Assembly (NCBI GenBank): GCA_963772455.1 | Contig: CAVYXJ010000011.1 | Coordinates: forward strand, 32,001 to 96,000 | Direction of reading: 5' to 3' | Source of the DNA: Candidatus Bathyarchaeota archaeon | Lineage (GTDB): Archaea; Thermoproteota; Bathyarchaeia; Bathyarchaeales; Bathycorpusculaceae | Length of the DNA stretch: 64,000 bases | Part shown: positions 31,919-41,407 of the stretch, piece after piece | Position numbering within the stretch: the stretch's first letter is position 1 | How the letters are laid out: every line of letters starts with the position of its first letter | The notes under the pieces: model-generated | The model's input: only the letters and a program-made list of their open reading frames with translations | Databases searched by the model: none | What the model was told of the DNA's origin: nothing | Position numbers and translations under genes: made by a program

Positions 31919-32340
31919 TCTGACCAAATCGAAGTATATCTTAATTTATTAATAAAAAACATCATCGTGAAAAGAGATATTAAATGAAAAACAAAACAAA
32001 AAAAATCAGATACTTGTACTAAAAGTCACAATTACTTATTCACTCCAGTAATCTCAACTGTCGTCTTTCCTTTGTTAATCGGGCGATTAAAAAATAGGCA
32101 TTCTGTTCCAGAAAAATCGCCAAAGTTTCATAAAGAAGAATCGAAGAAATCTTCATAGCTAAAATTCAAGTTACCAATAAAGAAAATGAGTATTTTCATA
32201 TAGAAGTTTGCAAAAAAACATTATATTTCATAAAAGAAATGCCTGTTCGAAAGAAAAAAGTCTGTTTTTGAATTTTTAATTTCTGTGTTTTAAGTTCATA
32301 TGTAACGGTTATTTTTCTTCTTCAGCTAACAAAGTATAAA

Positions 32341-32360
32341 AATATGACAATTGTCATATT
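32341..32360. promoter_or_regulatory. Perfect 20-bp palindrome (candidate operator)
   Basis: AATATGACAATTGTCATATT, between a TATA-like GTATAAA and the start codon at 32367. Confidence 0.55.
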
Positions 32361-32366
32361 ATTATT

Positions 32367-33179
32367 GTGGGGAAAACAAAAACGAAAATCAAAAACATCA
32401 CAATATCACTGTTACTAATATTCATCACATTTCCACTCATTATTCCGCCATTAGCTTCCGCTTCAAACAGCAATCAATGGAATATCGTAATTACAAATCT
32501 TGATGGAACAACCTTGAATTTGAGTTATGACGATATTTTGGTCATGCCTAAGACTGTTGTTAGTGCAGACCTTTTATGCTATGGCAACCTTGTTTCTAGC
32601 GGATCATGGGGAGGGGTCAGATTATCAGACCTCATAAATATAGCAATAATTGACCCATCAGTTGTAAGTGTAGATTTTACTGCTCAAGATGGATATTCAG
32701 TCTCCATACCAATCAATACCGCAATAAGAACAGACGTCATAGTTGCTTACGACTTAGAGGGTTCGCAGCTAAACGAAGTTTATCGATTAGTCGTTCCTGA
32801 TGCAAACGGAGACATTTGGATATCTGCGATAACTACAATAAAAATGAGCATATCCTCGGCTGATCAAATCCAATCTGGAACTAGTGGACAAATCATAATA
32901 AATCAATACCAAGCAATAATTAACACGACAACACCAGCTCCTCTTCAGCAACCACCTCAAGGTGAAACTCAACCAATAGTTCCGAGTAACAAGACAGATA
33001 ATGAACCTGTTACAACTCCAACCATCAATACAATCCCGCAAGCTGACAAGAAAATAACAGAACAAATTAATTCAATTCCTCAAATAGAATATATTCTAAT
33101 TTTATTTGGAGTAATTGTTTTAGTTTCCTTAGTAGGCTTTGTTTTTATCAGCCGAAAGAAACCCAAAAAACTAACATAA
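32367..33179 (+). CDS. Exported molybdopterin-binding (sulfite oxidase-family) domain protein with C-terminal TM anchor
   Basis: LLCYG...WGGVRLSDL, AQDGYSVSIP, YRLVVP...G..WIS; P/T/Q linker; TM + RKKPKK. Confidence 0.8.
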   Translation: MGKTKTKIKNITISLLLIFITFPLIIPPLASASNSNQWNIVITNLDGTTLNLSYDDILVMPKTVVSADLLCYGNLVSSGSWGGVRLSDLINIAIIDPSVVSVDFTAQDGYSVSIPINTAIRTDVIVAYDLEGSQLNEVYRLVVPDANGDIWISAITTIKMSISSADQIQSGTSGQIIINQYQAIINTTTPAPLQQPPQGETQPIVPSNKTDNEPVTTPTINTIPQADKKITEQINSIPQIEYILILFGVIVLVSLVGFVFISRKKPKKLT

Positions 33180-33290
33180 AGTATCGACAATCAATACACT
33201 AACACTATCACTGTGATCTTATTTCTTAATTCGTTAGCTTTATTTATTGAAAGCGTTAATTGACTGTCAGACGATGAGGAGTAGAAGAAA

Positions 33291-33842
33291 TTGGACAAGA
33301 ATCCGCAATCAAAAGATGATGCCCTCGAGGCGTTAGACTTTATCGTAAACGTTCTAAAAGAACATGAAAAAGACCTCGACAAACTCATCAATGAGCTTGC
33401 AACAGTCACCGAACAAATTGGCGACACGGGCGAATTAAGCGGCAAGGTTGATAAAGTTGAAACAAAAATAGAAACACTACAAAAAGAAGTAACAAACCTA
33501 ATTGGACAACTATCATCAAAATCCAAGGAAACATTGCCACTAGAAAATAACAAGATACAACAAGATGAAGTGAATGAAGTCGTTAAAACCTTCGACCATT
33601 CTGTAATTATTAACTGCAAACAATGGGAAGATTTCCTAAATTTGGCAGTGAAAGCTCAAACTCTATCTTTTAGCTATAATGAGGAAGAAAAGATTTTTCA
33701 AGCTAATGCAATTAAGGGTAACCAATTTATCACCTATAACGGTGAACTTCCGAAGCTTTCTTCTATTTTGAAGATGTGGCTGTCTAAACAGTTGGATATT
33801 CCAGACCGTAACATTTTGGAAGGAAAATTAACTGTAGGATAA
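33291..33842 (+). CDS. Hypothetical coiled-coil protein
   Basis: 183 aa, EALDFIVNVLKEHEKDLDKL heptads; GAGGAG upstream. Confidence 0.75.
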   Translation: MDKNPQSKDDALEALDFIVNVLKEHEKDLDKLINELATVTEQIGDTGELSGKVDKVETKIETLQKEVTNLIGQLSSKSKETLPLENNKIQQDEVNEVVKTFDHSVIINCKQWEDFLNLAVKAQTLSFSYNEEEKIFQANAIKGNQFITYNGELPKLSSILKMWLSKQLDIPDRNILEGKLTVG

Positions 33843-33909
33843 ATCATTATTTTTACTTCTTATTTTCGCTTCATAAATTATATATTAATTTTCTGTCATC
33901 ATGAATCTT

Positions 33910-34052
33910 GTTAGTGATTGGAGGGTTGGTTAAGGTTGAAGGTTAACCAGTATGCCAAGATACAATTTCCGTTTTCGAAGCCTTCTCCTTTCTCCTCGAT
34001 ACGGATGGCTATTGGATGCCAATACACATAACCGCCCTTCATAAACACTAAC
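33910..34052 (+). ncRNA. Candidate structured RNA (long closing stem with internal hairpins)
   Basis: GTTAGTG/CACTAAC, GGAGGG/CCCTTC and TGGTTA/TAACCG nested pairing; inner CCGT..TCGA/TCGA.ACGG and TATTGG/CCAATA. Confidence 0.3.
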
Positions 34053-34225
34053 TAAAAATATCCAAAATGAATTCTAAGATATCTACAATTTAGATTTATT
34101 TGAATTGGTTTGACTCAGTCAGGGATCTTGCGATTTGCCTTCATAATTTTTTATGTAGAATAAGGATTATTATTTATTATCCGAGCAAAAAGATACGTTT
34201 TTATTAAAAAAACTCGGACGCTAAT

Positions 34226-35365
34226 TTGGACAAAGTATTTAATTGCTACTTCATACCTCTCCGTTTACGCTGGTGCAAGAATCGCTTGGAATCTGTTAAG
34301 CCAAAATTGAGTTGGAAGACTGCGGTTTTTCCTTTACTTGGTTTAACAGGTTTTTTCATTTACATTTACTTGTTCCAAGTGGATATTTTAGGCATCATAG
34401 CCACTGCCCAAACTGCTAATCCATTGATTTACGCAGTAGCCATTTTATTTGGTTTACTGGAAGTTTTGTTTTTTACTATTTCTTGGCGGGAACTAACCAA
34501 TTTCCTCTCAATAAAAATGAGTATTGGTAGAGCTTACCTATACGTTTGGTATGGTCTATATGTTGACACAATTGTTCCAGCACAATCTATAAGCGGGGAG
34601 GTGACCCGAACCTACCTGCTTATTCGAGATAAATGTGGACCGTTTGGAAAAATCGTGGCATCACTCTTCGCACACAGGCTTTTGGGCATGGCAGTAAACG
34701 TTATTGCATTAATCGTTGGGATAATAATGCTTTATTTTGGTGGGCAAGCCTCTCCGCTAGTTTTTAACCTAATAATAATTGTGGCTACCGCAATAACAGC
34801 AGTTATCGCTTTGATGGTTATACTCTCGTACAAGCAACAGTGGACACTTAAAGTAATCACTTGGACTACAAGACTTGCACAAAAAATAACATTTGGAAGA
34901 TGGAAACCAGGAAAACTAAAAGATCAAGCAATCGAAATCACAGATCACTTTCATAACGCAATGAAAGAGTTTCGTCATAACCCAAAATCTGTTGTCACCT
35001 CATTGTTTTTCTTATCAGTAACCTGGATTTTTAGTTTAAGCGTCCCTTACTTAGTATTCCTATCGCTTGATCATCCTGTTTCATGGAGCATGATTCTCAT
35101 AACTTCATCTATAGTTCTAGCTGTAAAAGCAATTCCAGTAGGAATACCCTTTGAAGTGGGGCTTCCGGAAGCCGTGATGACGACACTTTACTTTTCAATG
35201 GGGGTTTCTGCCGCACTTGCAGCCACTGCGACAATCCTTGTAAGAATTATTACTTTGTGGATGCGCTTCTTTATTGGCTTTGCTGCCCAACAATATCTCG
35301 AATTAAGACCAGCCATATCCGCAACTACAAACCCAGAAAAAACTAAAATCCATCCTCAACTCTAA
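34226..35365 (+). CDS. Flippase-like (UPF0104 / LPG-synthase TM) membrane protein
   Basis: SISGEVTR, IPVG.P..VGLPE, RIITLW; true start probably about 34286. Confidence 0.88.
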   Translation: MDKVFNCYFIPLRLRWCKNRLESVKPKLSWKTAVFPLLGLTGFFIYIYLFQVDILGIIATAQTANPLIYAVAILFGLLEVLFFTISWRELTNFLSIKMSIGRAYLYVWYGLYVDTIVPAQSISGEVTRTYLLIRDKCGPFGKIVASLFAHRLLGMAVNVIALIVGIIMLYFGGQASPLVFNLIIIVATAITAVIALMVILSYKQQWTLKVITWTTRLAQKITFGRWKPGKLKDQAIEITDHFHNAMKEFRHNPKSVVTSLFFLSVTWIFSLSVPYLVFLSLDHPVSWSMILITSSIVLAVKAIPVGIPFEVGLPEAVMTTLYFSMGVSAALAATATILVRIITLWMRFFIGFAAQQYLELRPAISATTNPEKTKIHPQL

Positions 35366-35385
35366 TATTATTTTAGACCCACTAA

Positions 35386-35835
35386 ATGGAAGTAAAAATC
35401 GAAACCGCAACCATCACATTCCTCGACAAACTTTTCGAAATTGAGGAACAATGTTTTGATCAAGAAGCCTTCTCAAAACGCCAAATATCCTACTTACTAA
35501 CCGACTACAATACAATAGCTTTGTTGGCTAAAATAGACAAAGATATTGCAGGATTTATCATTGCCCAAGTTGAAGTCGAAGAAAACACTGAGTTCGGTCA
35601 TATAATAACAATCAATGTAGCACCAAACTATCGCCGTAAAGGAACCGCTACTAAATTTCTAATTGAAATAGAAAACCTTCTAAAACAAAAGGGCATAACC
35701 CAGTGTCGCTTAGAAGTTCGAGAAGATAACAAACCTGCTATAAAACTTTACCAAAAACTTTGTTATCAAACGGTGGGGGTTCTTGAAAACTATTATGGAA
35801 GAAAACATGGTCTATATCTAAAAAAAGTTTTATAA
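35386..35835 (+). CDS. RimI/Ard1-like GNAT N-acetyltransferase
   Basis: HIITINVAPNYRRKG, LEVREDN.PAIKLY, ENYY. Confidence 0.9.
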   Translation: MEVKIETATITFLDKLFEIEEQCFDQEAFSKRQISYLLTDYNTIALLAKIDKDIAGFIIAQVEVEENTEFGHIITINVAPNYRRKGTATKFLIEIENLLKQKGITQCRLEVREDNKPAIKLYQKLCYQTVGVLENYYGRKHGLYLKKVL

Positions 35836-35922
35836 ATTAATAATCCGTCGCTTTTAAGCGCTATCTCAGTACGGAACAATGTTTAAAAGAAATGATGCGG
35901 TACAAACCGATGGTGGGGAGAG

Positions 35923-36192
35923 ATGGGAGAAACCCGAGGAAGAAAATCAAACGAGCAGACCCTTGTCCAAACCATAGTTGTTTTAATCCGCAACACCACT
36001 TGGCGATGTGGTAAGCTTGAAAAATCCATAGTCAAGCACCTCTATAAGCGTCATGAAAATTTTGGCAAACCAGGTGTCTCGATTAGGGACATTATGCTCA
36101 ATCTAAACATTACAGGCGAGAAAAAAGATGAATGTTTAGATGCGTTACGTAGGCTTGAAAAAAGAAATATTGTGAAATTAACGCTGCTCTAA
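35923..36192 (+). CDS. Small hypothetical, possibly winged-helix protein
   Basis: 89 aa; GVSIRDIM...DALRRLEKRNIV; GGGGAG upstream. Confidence 0.65.
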   Translation: MGETRGRKSNEQTLVQTIVVLIRNTTWRCGKLEKSIVKHLYKRHENFGKPGVSIRDIMLNLNITGEKKDECLDALRRLEKRNIVKLTLL

Positions 36193-36250
36193 TTTTCTCT
36201 TTATTTTTGCAAGCTATTTCGAAAAAGGTCTTAATAAAATATTTTGTGAT

Positions 36251-37630
36251 TTATTTTAGTAGCTCAGTCTCGCTTGGGGGTTGCTTTATCAAACCATGTC
36301 TCATTAACAACTCAGTTGATTCCCTCGCATTACTAATTATTGCAGAAGCACGTTCATACAGCTCTTGCCTGCTGGGTTTTATTCGAGCAACGCCTTGTTC
36401 AATAGATTTCAAAGCACAGGCAACGGCTTCTTTGGGAAATACTTCCCACTCATCCATCCTTGGCAAAATATCTTTTTCGTTCATTCCTCGTTCTTCGGCA
36501 TATTTTGCCAGTTCTTGGGCTGCTGCAATACACATATCATCAGTAATTGTTTTTGCTTTAACATCTAGCACGCCGCGGAAGATTCCTGGAAAACCAAGGC
36601 TGTTATTGACTTGATTTGGAAAATCACTTCGTCCAGTTGCAACAATTCTCGCTCCTGCCTCTTGAGCATCCCAGGGCCAAATTTCAGGAATAGGATTAGC
36701 GCAAGCAAAAACTATTGAATCTGTAGCCATTGTTTTTATCCACTCTTTTTTTATTGTATTTGGACCTGGTCTTGAAGCTGCGACTACTGCATCTACGCCT
36801 TTGAATGCAGCTGCAACATCGCCCGTTCGACCTTCACTGTTGGTTTTTTGGGTAACGTCGTATTTCCAAGGGTCTTCTTCTTGTGTGACATCTGCCCTTC
36901 CTTTGTAAATTATACCTTTGCTATCAGCAAGAATTATATTTCCTGGTTTTACACCCCACTTCATTAGCACATAAGCCGTCCTGATATTTGCGGCTCCTGA
37001 ACCTACAAGAGTAATGAGGCTTTCCTTAGGCTTCTTACCTACGAGTTTGAAAGCATTAATCAAACCTGCTAAAATCACAGTCGCCGTTCCTTGTTGATCA
37101 TCATGCCAAACTGGAATTTGCATATGCTCACGTGCTTTCTCAAGCACATGGAAACATTTTGGTTTCTCAATATCTTCAAGATTGATACCGCCAAAAGTCG
37201 GCTCTAATGCTCTACAAATCTTAACAATTTCATCAGGATCCTTAGTTCGCAGGCAAATTGGAAACGCATCAACGCCTCCCAGATACTTGAACAAAAGAGC
37301 CTTTCCTTCCATAACAGGCAACGCAGCTTCAGGACCAATATCACCTAGACCCAGAACACGTGTTCCGTCGGTTACTATTGCTACATAGTTCCAGCGATTG
37401 GTTAATTCGAATGATTTATCGGGGTTTGCTTGAATTTCTTTGCAAGGTGATGCTACACCTGGTGTGTACCAGATTGCAAAGTCGTCTGTGTTTCTGATAA
37501 CACATTTGGGAATGACCTGCATTTTTCCCTCGTAGAACTTGTGCATTGGAGAAGAAAGTTGCGCTGGCTTTTTGGCTTTTGCAAGCAACTCTTCTACGGT
37601 TGGTTTATCATCAATATTATCAGGAACCAT
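36251..37630 (-). CDS. NAD(P)-dependent malic enzyme
   Basis: YTPGVA, TDGTRVLGLGDIG, PVMEGKA, INLEDI, HDDQQGT, GRSDFPNQVNN. Confidence 0.95.
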   Translation of the reverse strand: MVPDNIDDKPTVEELLAKAKKPAQLSSPMHKFYEGKMQVIPKCVIRNTDDFAIWYTPGVASPCKEIQANPDKSFELTNRWNYVAIVTDGTRVLGLGDIGPEAALPVMEGKALLFKYLGGVDAFPICLRTKDPDEIVKICRALEPTFGGINLEDIEKPKCFHVLEKAREHMQIPVWHDDQQGTATVILAGLINAFKLVGKKPKESLITLVGSGAANIRTAYVLMKWGVKPGNIILADSKGIIYKGRADVTQEEDPWKYDVTQKTNSEGRTGDVAAAFKGVDAVVAASRPGPNTIKKEWIKTMATDSIVFACANPIPEIWPWDAQEAGARIVATGRSDFPNQVNNSLGFPGIFRGVLDVKAKTITDDMCIAAAQELAKYAEERGMNEKDILPRMDEWEVFPKEAVACALKSIEQGVARIKPSRQELYERASAIISNARESTELLMRHGLIKQPPSETELLK

Positions 37631-37809
37631 TCAAGACAACTCTGATTAAAGGTGAAAAAACACTGCTGAGCATTTAAGTTTTTATTAAAAATTGTAAGTT
37701 AACGATATTCTAACTACAATTAAGCAATAAGTAGAATGTGCTAAGAGAAATAATTAAAGAGATAAAAAATCAAAAAAAGAAAATTTTTCTAAACTAACAC
37801 ATTGAAAGT

Positions 37810-38418
37810 TTAGTATCTTGGTCTGTAGCCGCCGCCGCTACCGCCGCTGCCGCCGCCGCGTCGATCTCCGCCGCCTCTACTGTCTCTTCCGCCGCCGTAA
37901 CCGCCGCCGCCACCGCCGTATCCTCCGCCGCCACGTCTGTCTCTTCCGCCGCCGTAACCGCCGCCGCCACCACCGAATCCTCGTCCGCCGCCTCTTCCGC
38001 CGCTTCTAAATGGTCTACGTTCTTGCTCGTATGTCTTGCTTGAAACGTTGTTTTCTGTGTTGACTTCTACTGTGAGTGGCTCTTTTGCTGTGTCTAATTT
38101 GCCGTATTTTCCTATGTTTAAGCGTATGTTGCCTTTGAATAGTGTAACATAACCGTTTTCAATGCGTACGGTATCTGCTTCGTTGACTTTCTCAATGTTA
38201 TCATCCCATAGGGTTAAGTAAACTACGCCAGTTTCGTCTCCGATAAGTGCATCGCTAACTTTGTGTGCAGATCCATCTCTGCCCATTGGAATTTCTCTAA
38301 CTTCAGTTTTGGATACTACTTTGGCCGTAACGTTAACCGCTTTTGATTGTGGGGTTAAGTCTCCGACTTTTGCTTCTACTGGTTCCTTTTTGTTTTCGAA
38401 AAAACCTTCAACAGCCAA
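37810..38418 (-). CDS. ssb: Single-OB-fold single-stranded DNA-binding protein (crenarchaeal SSB type) with Gly/Arg/Tyr-rich tail
   Basis: VNVTAKV, IGDETG..LTLW, IENGYVTLFKG.IRLNIGKYG; low-complexity C-terminus. Confidence 0.88.
   Translation of the reverse strand: MAVEGFFENKKEPVEAKVGDLTPQSKAVNVTAKVVSKTEVREIPMGRDGSAHKVSDALIGDETGVVYLTLWDDNIEKVNEADTVRIENGYVTLFKGNIRLNIGKYGKLDTAKEPLTVEVNTENNVSSKTYEQERRPFRSGGRGGGRGFGGGGGGYGGGRDRRGGGGYGGGGGGYGGGRDSRGGGDRRGGGSGGSGGGYRPRY
37880..37971. repeat. Exact 35-bp direct repeat within the GGC-rich SSB tail
   Basis: CTGTCTCTTCCGCCGCCGTAACCGCCGCCGCCACC at 37880-37914 and 37937-37971 (period 57 = 19 codons). Confidence 0.85.
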
Positions 38419-38535
38419 TTGATTTCACCTATTTTTTAGTCTGAGACACAACTTAGATTTCTCTACACTTAAGTGTTTCGCTTTGCCAAGCTTTGGATGT
38501 TTTATACGTTGTGCATATTAATGTTGTAGTTATTT

Positions 38536-39345
38536 TTGGTTGTTATGAATAAAAATACTTTAACCGCCGTATTGATTGCAGTCGCGGTTATTGTTACTTG
38601 CTTGATTTTGGTAATTATTACGATTCTTGGGCAAATATCTATTGAACCTGCTTCACCAACGGTATACACTTACCAAATTATCAAAACATATCCTCATGAT
38701 ACAAATGCATTTACTGAAGGCTTAGTTTTCGACAATGGAGTTTTATATGAGAGTACCGGAGAATATGGATTTTCTTCTTTACGTCGAGTCAATCTCGAAA
38801 CTGGAGATGTGCAAGACAATATTTTATTGTCTGAACAATATTTTGGCGAAGGTTTAGCTGTTGTTAATAATTCACTTATTCAATTGACATGGCGAGAAAA
38901 AACAGGTTTTATCTACAACAAAGAATCCTTAGATTTGGTTGGAAATTTCAGTTATTCCTCTGAAGGATGGGGCTTAACTTACGATGGCAGTAACTTGATC
39001 ATAAGTGATGGCACTTCAAAGCTGACTTTCCTTGACCCAACTACTTTTCAAATTACTAGACAAGTGAGCGTCCATGATGGAAATTCTTCCATCACAAACA
39101 TTAACGAATTAGAATACATTAACGGAGATATTTACGCAAATATTTGGATGCAACAAAAAATAGCAATTATTAATCCTCAAACCGGCATAGTAAAGGGCTG
39201 GATTGACTTAACAGGCATCTATCAATCAAGCAACATAGACGATGTTTTAAATGGGATAGCATATGATTCCCAAACCAATAGATTATTAATTACAGGAAAA
39301 GATTGGCCAAATCTCTTTGAAATAACAATAAAACCAATAAATTAA
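38536..39345 (+). CDS. Glutaminyl-peptide cyclotransferase (type I, beta-propeller), membrane-anchored
   Basis: YPHD.NAFTEGL, ESTG, FGEGL, QLTW, EGWGL, SDG, NELE, ANIW, LNGIAY; N-terminal TM. Confidence 0.93.
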   Translation: MVVMNKNTLTAVLIAVAVIVTCLILVIITILGQISIEPASPTVYTYQIIKTYPHDTNAFTEGLVFDNGVLYESTGEYGFSSLRRVNLETGDVQDNILLSEQYFGEGLAVVNNSLIQLTWREKTGFIYNKESLDLVGNFSYSSEGWGLTYDGSNLIISDGTSKLTFLDPTTFQITRQVSVHDGNSSITNINELEYINGDIYANIWMQQKIAIINPQTGIVKGWIDLTGIYQSSNIDDVLNGIAYDSQTNRLLITGKDWPNLFEITIKPIN

Positions 39346-39446
39346 GGTTCATTTTCCGATAAAATGAAAATGCTTTTTCGTTTAGGAATCTCTCATTTGA
39401 CCCTAATCAAAAAGAATTTAAACAGTAATTAAAAAATCTGTTAGGT

Positions 39447-40193
39447 TTATTGTGTTTTGGATTTCAAACTTTGACTTGTTTTTAAAATCTTGGTTGACAA
39501 AGTTATTATTGTGGCTGATAAAAAGATGCTAAGTGTTATGAGAACTATGTTTGAAAATTCTGGAATGCTTGTCGAGGGTTGTGGGGTAATTGAAATTTTA
39601 GCAGTATTTGTAGGGGTTGGAGAAACTGAAGATCCAGGAATGACAGCTGTTATTTCTTCAGTTATGTCTGTATGATCAATTAGATTTGCGGAACCTCCAG
39701 CTGCAGGGTGATCTGAGAGTTCTGAAGTTAGAGCCAATTCAGTTGATCCTGGGCTTGAGACTCTAAATGTTAATGTAGCTATTATTCCGCTTCCGGTGAA
39801 AGAAGATGCAGAACCTGTCGATGTGGCTAAAAGATGATATTGTCCAGTTGATTGTGATGCAATATCATCGACTACTTCAATTGGATAGCCTGAAGTTTCA
39901 TGAAGAACTCCTCCTGAGTGAGATTCGACTCCCAATTGTGATGTGGCACTTACTACTGAGAGGATAGTTGGGTTCCAGCTAAGTGTTACGTCTAAGCCGA
40001 AGAGATTTTGGACATTTGAGATTCTTATATTAATGGTTAAAGTGTCACCAACACTCGGTTTATTTGTTGAGGCTTCTGCCTTAACGGTTGTTCCTTGTGC
40101 AAAAACACTGCTTACAAAGATAAATGAAAATAAAATACAAATTAGAATTGTAAAAGAAATTTTGGACATTAACATGCTCGGGTGCTTCATCAT
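39447..40193 (-). CDS. Cohesin-domain surface protein with PEF-CTERM-like sorting signal
   Basis: VGDTLTINIRISNVQNLFGLDVTLSWNPTIL...GSGIIATLTF cohesin pattern; S/T/P linker; IPEF + TM + Lys-rich tail. Confidence 0.85.
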   Translation of the reverse strand: MMKHPSMLMSKISFTILICILFSFIFVSSVFAQGTTVKAEASTNKPSVGDTLTINIRISNVQNLFGLDVTLSWNPTILSVVSATSQLGVESHSGGVLHETSGYPIEVVDDIASQSTGQYHLLATSTGSASSFTGSGIIATLTFRVSSPGSTELALTSELSDHPAAGGSANLIDHTDITEEITAVIPGSSVSPTPTNTAKISITPQPSTSIPEFSNIVLITLSIFLSATIITLSTKILKTSQSLKSKTQ

Positions 40194-41116
40194 TTTTCAC
40201 TTTTTACCCGTTCTTTAAGAGTCACTATTTTATCCCGCCCACTCATATATCTTGTTATGGAACCTTTCGTCTCCAAACCTGACAGAAGTTGGCTAGTTTT
40301 AGCTTTTGAAAATCTACTTTGCTCAGTTATTTCTGATTGCCGCATACTGCCTCCGAACGATTTAAGAATTTTTAAGACTTTGTCTTCTTCGCTCATTATT
40401 GGAGAGACTATTGTGTTTGATGAGAATCCGTTATTTTTTCGCCTTTTATAAACTAAGAACCCTATTAAAGATAAAAAGAAAACTCCGGCTACAACTGCCA
40501 CTAGTATTGAGTAAAATTGCCAGTTACTTGCAAAATCGTTTTCATTTTGAGTATAACTTGTTAAAACGATGTTTACTTTGTTGGTTACTAAGTCTTGGGT
40601 TCTCATCCACTTTATCGTATTTGCTGAATTTTGGCTGGCATAGGGGACTGGAGATAACGATTTAATAGAGAATTCCGAAGGGTAGGTTAACTGCAGTGCA
40701 GCATCTCCGTAAAGGCGACTAAAGAAATTGTTAACTTGGAAAACATCTCCAAAGGTAAGTAAATTGTCTTGAATGGCACTGAAGTTTAACCAAACAAAGG
40801 AGTATTCTGTAATTTTTGAGTCCAAGGAAATTGTAGTGTTTATCTGCAAAGAGTCTTCATCTACAGTCATTGTTCGGTTAGTTATACTTGCAGCCAAATC
40901 AACTAAATCAAATACTTTCTGTTGAAAAATATCAAACGATTCTACCGTGGCGTTTGCATCCGAAAACTGTGTTATAAGCCAAATAGCTGAACCATTGCTT
41001 CTCACTTGAATATTATATTCGAAATAATTTTGTCCTTGCACACTTTGTAATTGGAGAAAGAGTAGAAGCATAAGTAAGCAGAGGATTAAGCATGATTTTT
41101 GGCGGAAGACTCTCAT
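40190..41116 (-). CDS. Membrane-anchored regulator: exported domain, TM, cytoplasmic winged HTH
   Basis: Signal peptide; TM followed by KRRK; SEEDKVLKIL...GGSMRQSEI...SKAKTSQLLSGLE..G.I. Confidence 0.85.
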   Translation of the reverse strand: MRVFRQKSCLILCLLMLLLFLQLQSVQGQNYFEYNIQVRSNGSAIWLITQFSDANATVESFDIFQQKVFDLVDLAASITNRTMTVDEDSLQINTTISLDSKITEYSFVWLNFSAIQDNLLTFGDVFQVNNFFSRLYGDAALQLTYPSEFSIKSLSPVPYASQNSANTIKWMRTQDLVTNKVNIVLTSYTQNENDFASNWQFYSILVAVVAGVFFLSLIGFLVYKRRKNNGFSSNTIVSPIMSEEDKVLKILKSFGGSMRQSEITEQSRFSKAKTSQLLSGLETKGSITRYMSGRDKIVTLKERVKSEK

Positions 41117-41290
41117 TACTATTCAAGTATGGAAACGTTCATCATACTTAAATTTATTATATTGTTATTCCTTTGGAGAGCGCTGTATTTCTTATTAGTT
41201 GCTGTGATCAAAAGAGGTTTTCTTCCGAAAAATTAAAAGTAACGTCGATTTACCGCTACTAATGCTTTATTTACCTTATTTCTTAATATT

Positions 41291-41340
41291 AGACATATTT
41301 GAACATTATTGAACGATTATGAACTGTTAATAACCTTATT
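41291..41340. promoter_or_regulatory. Phased 10-bp direct repeats (candidate wHTH binding array)
   Basis: GAACATTATT / GAACGATTAT / GAACTGTTAA / TAACCTTATT at 41301, 41311, 41321, 41331. Confidence 0.55.
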
Positions 41341-41407
41341 TATTAAAATTAGGCTTAGAAAGGCTTTTATTTCTTCAATACATTGAGTTCTTCAATGAGG
41401 AATTAGA

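Noticed and set aside
31984-32158. Possible small ORF after the ferredoxin if one A is removed from an A-run
   Set aside because: It needs an assumed error in a region that otherwise shows none, and the product has no recognisable motif.
37829-38004. GCC-rich repeats as a CRISPR array or VNTR element
   Set aside because: They are Gly codons within the SSB tail; there is no repeat-spacer architecture and no cas genes.
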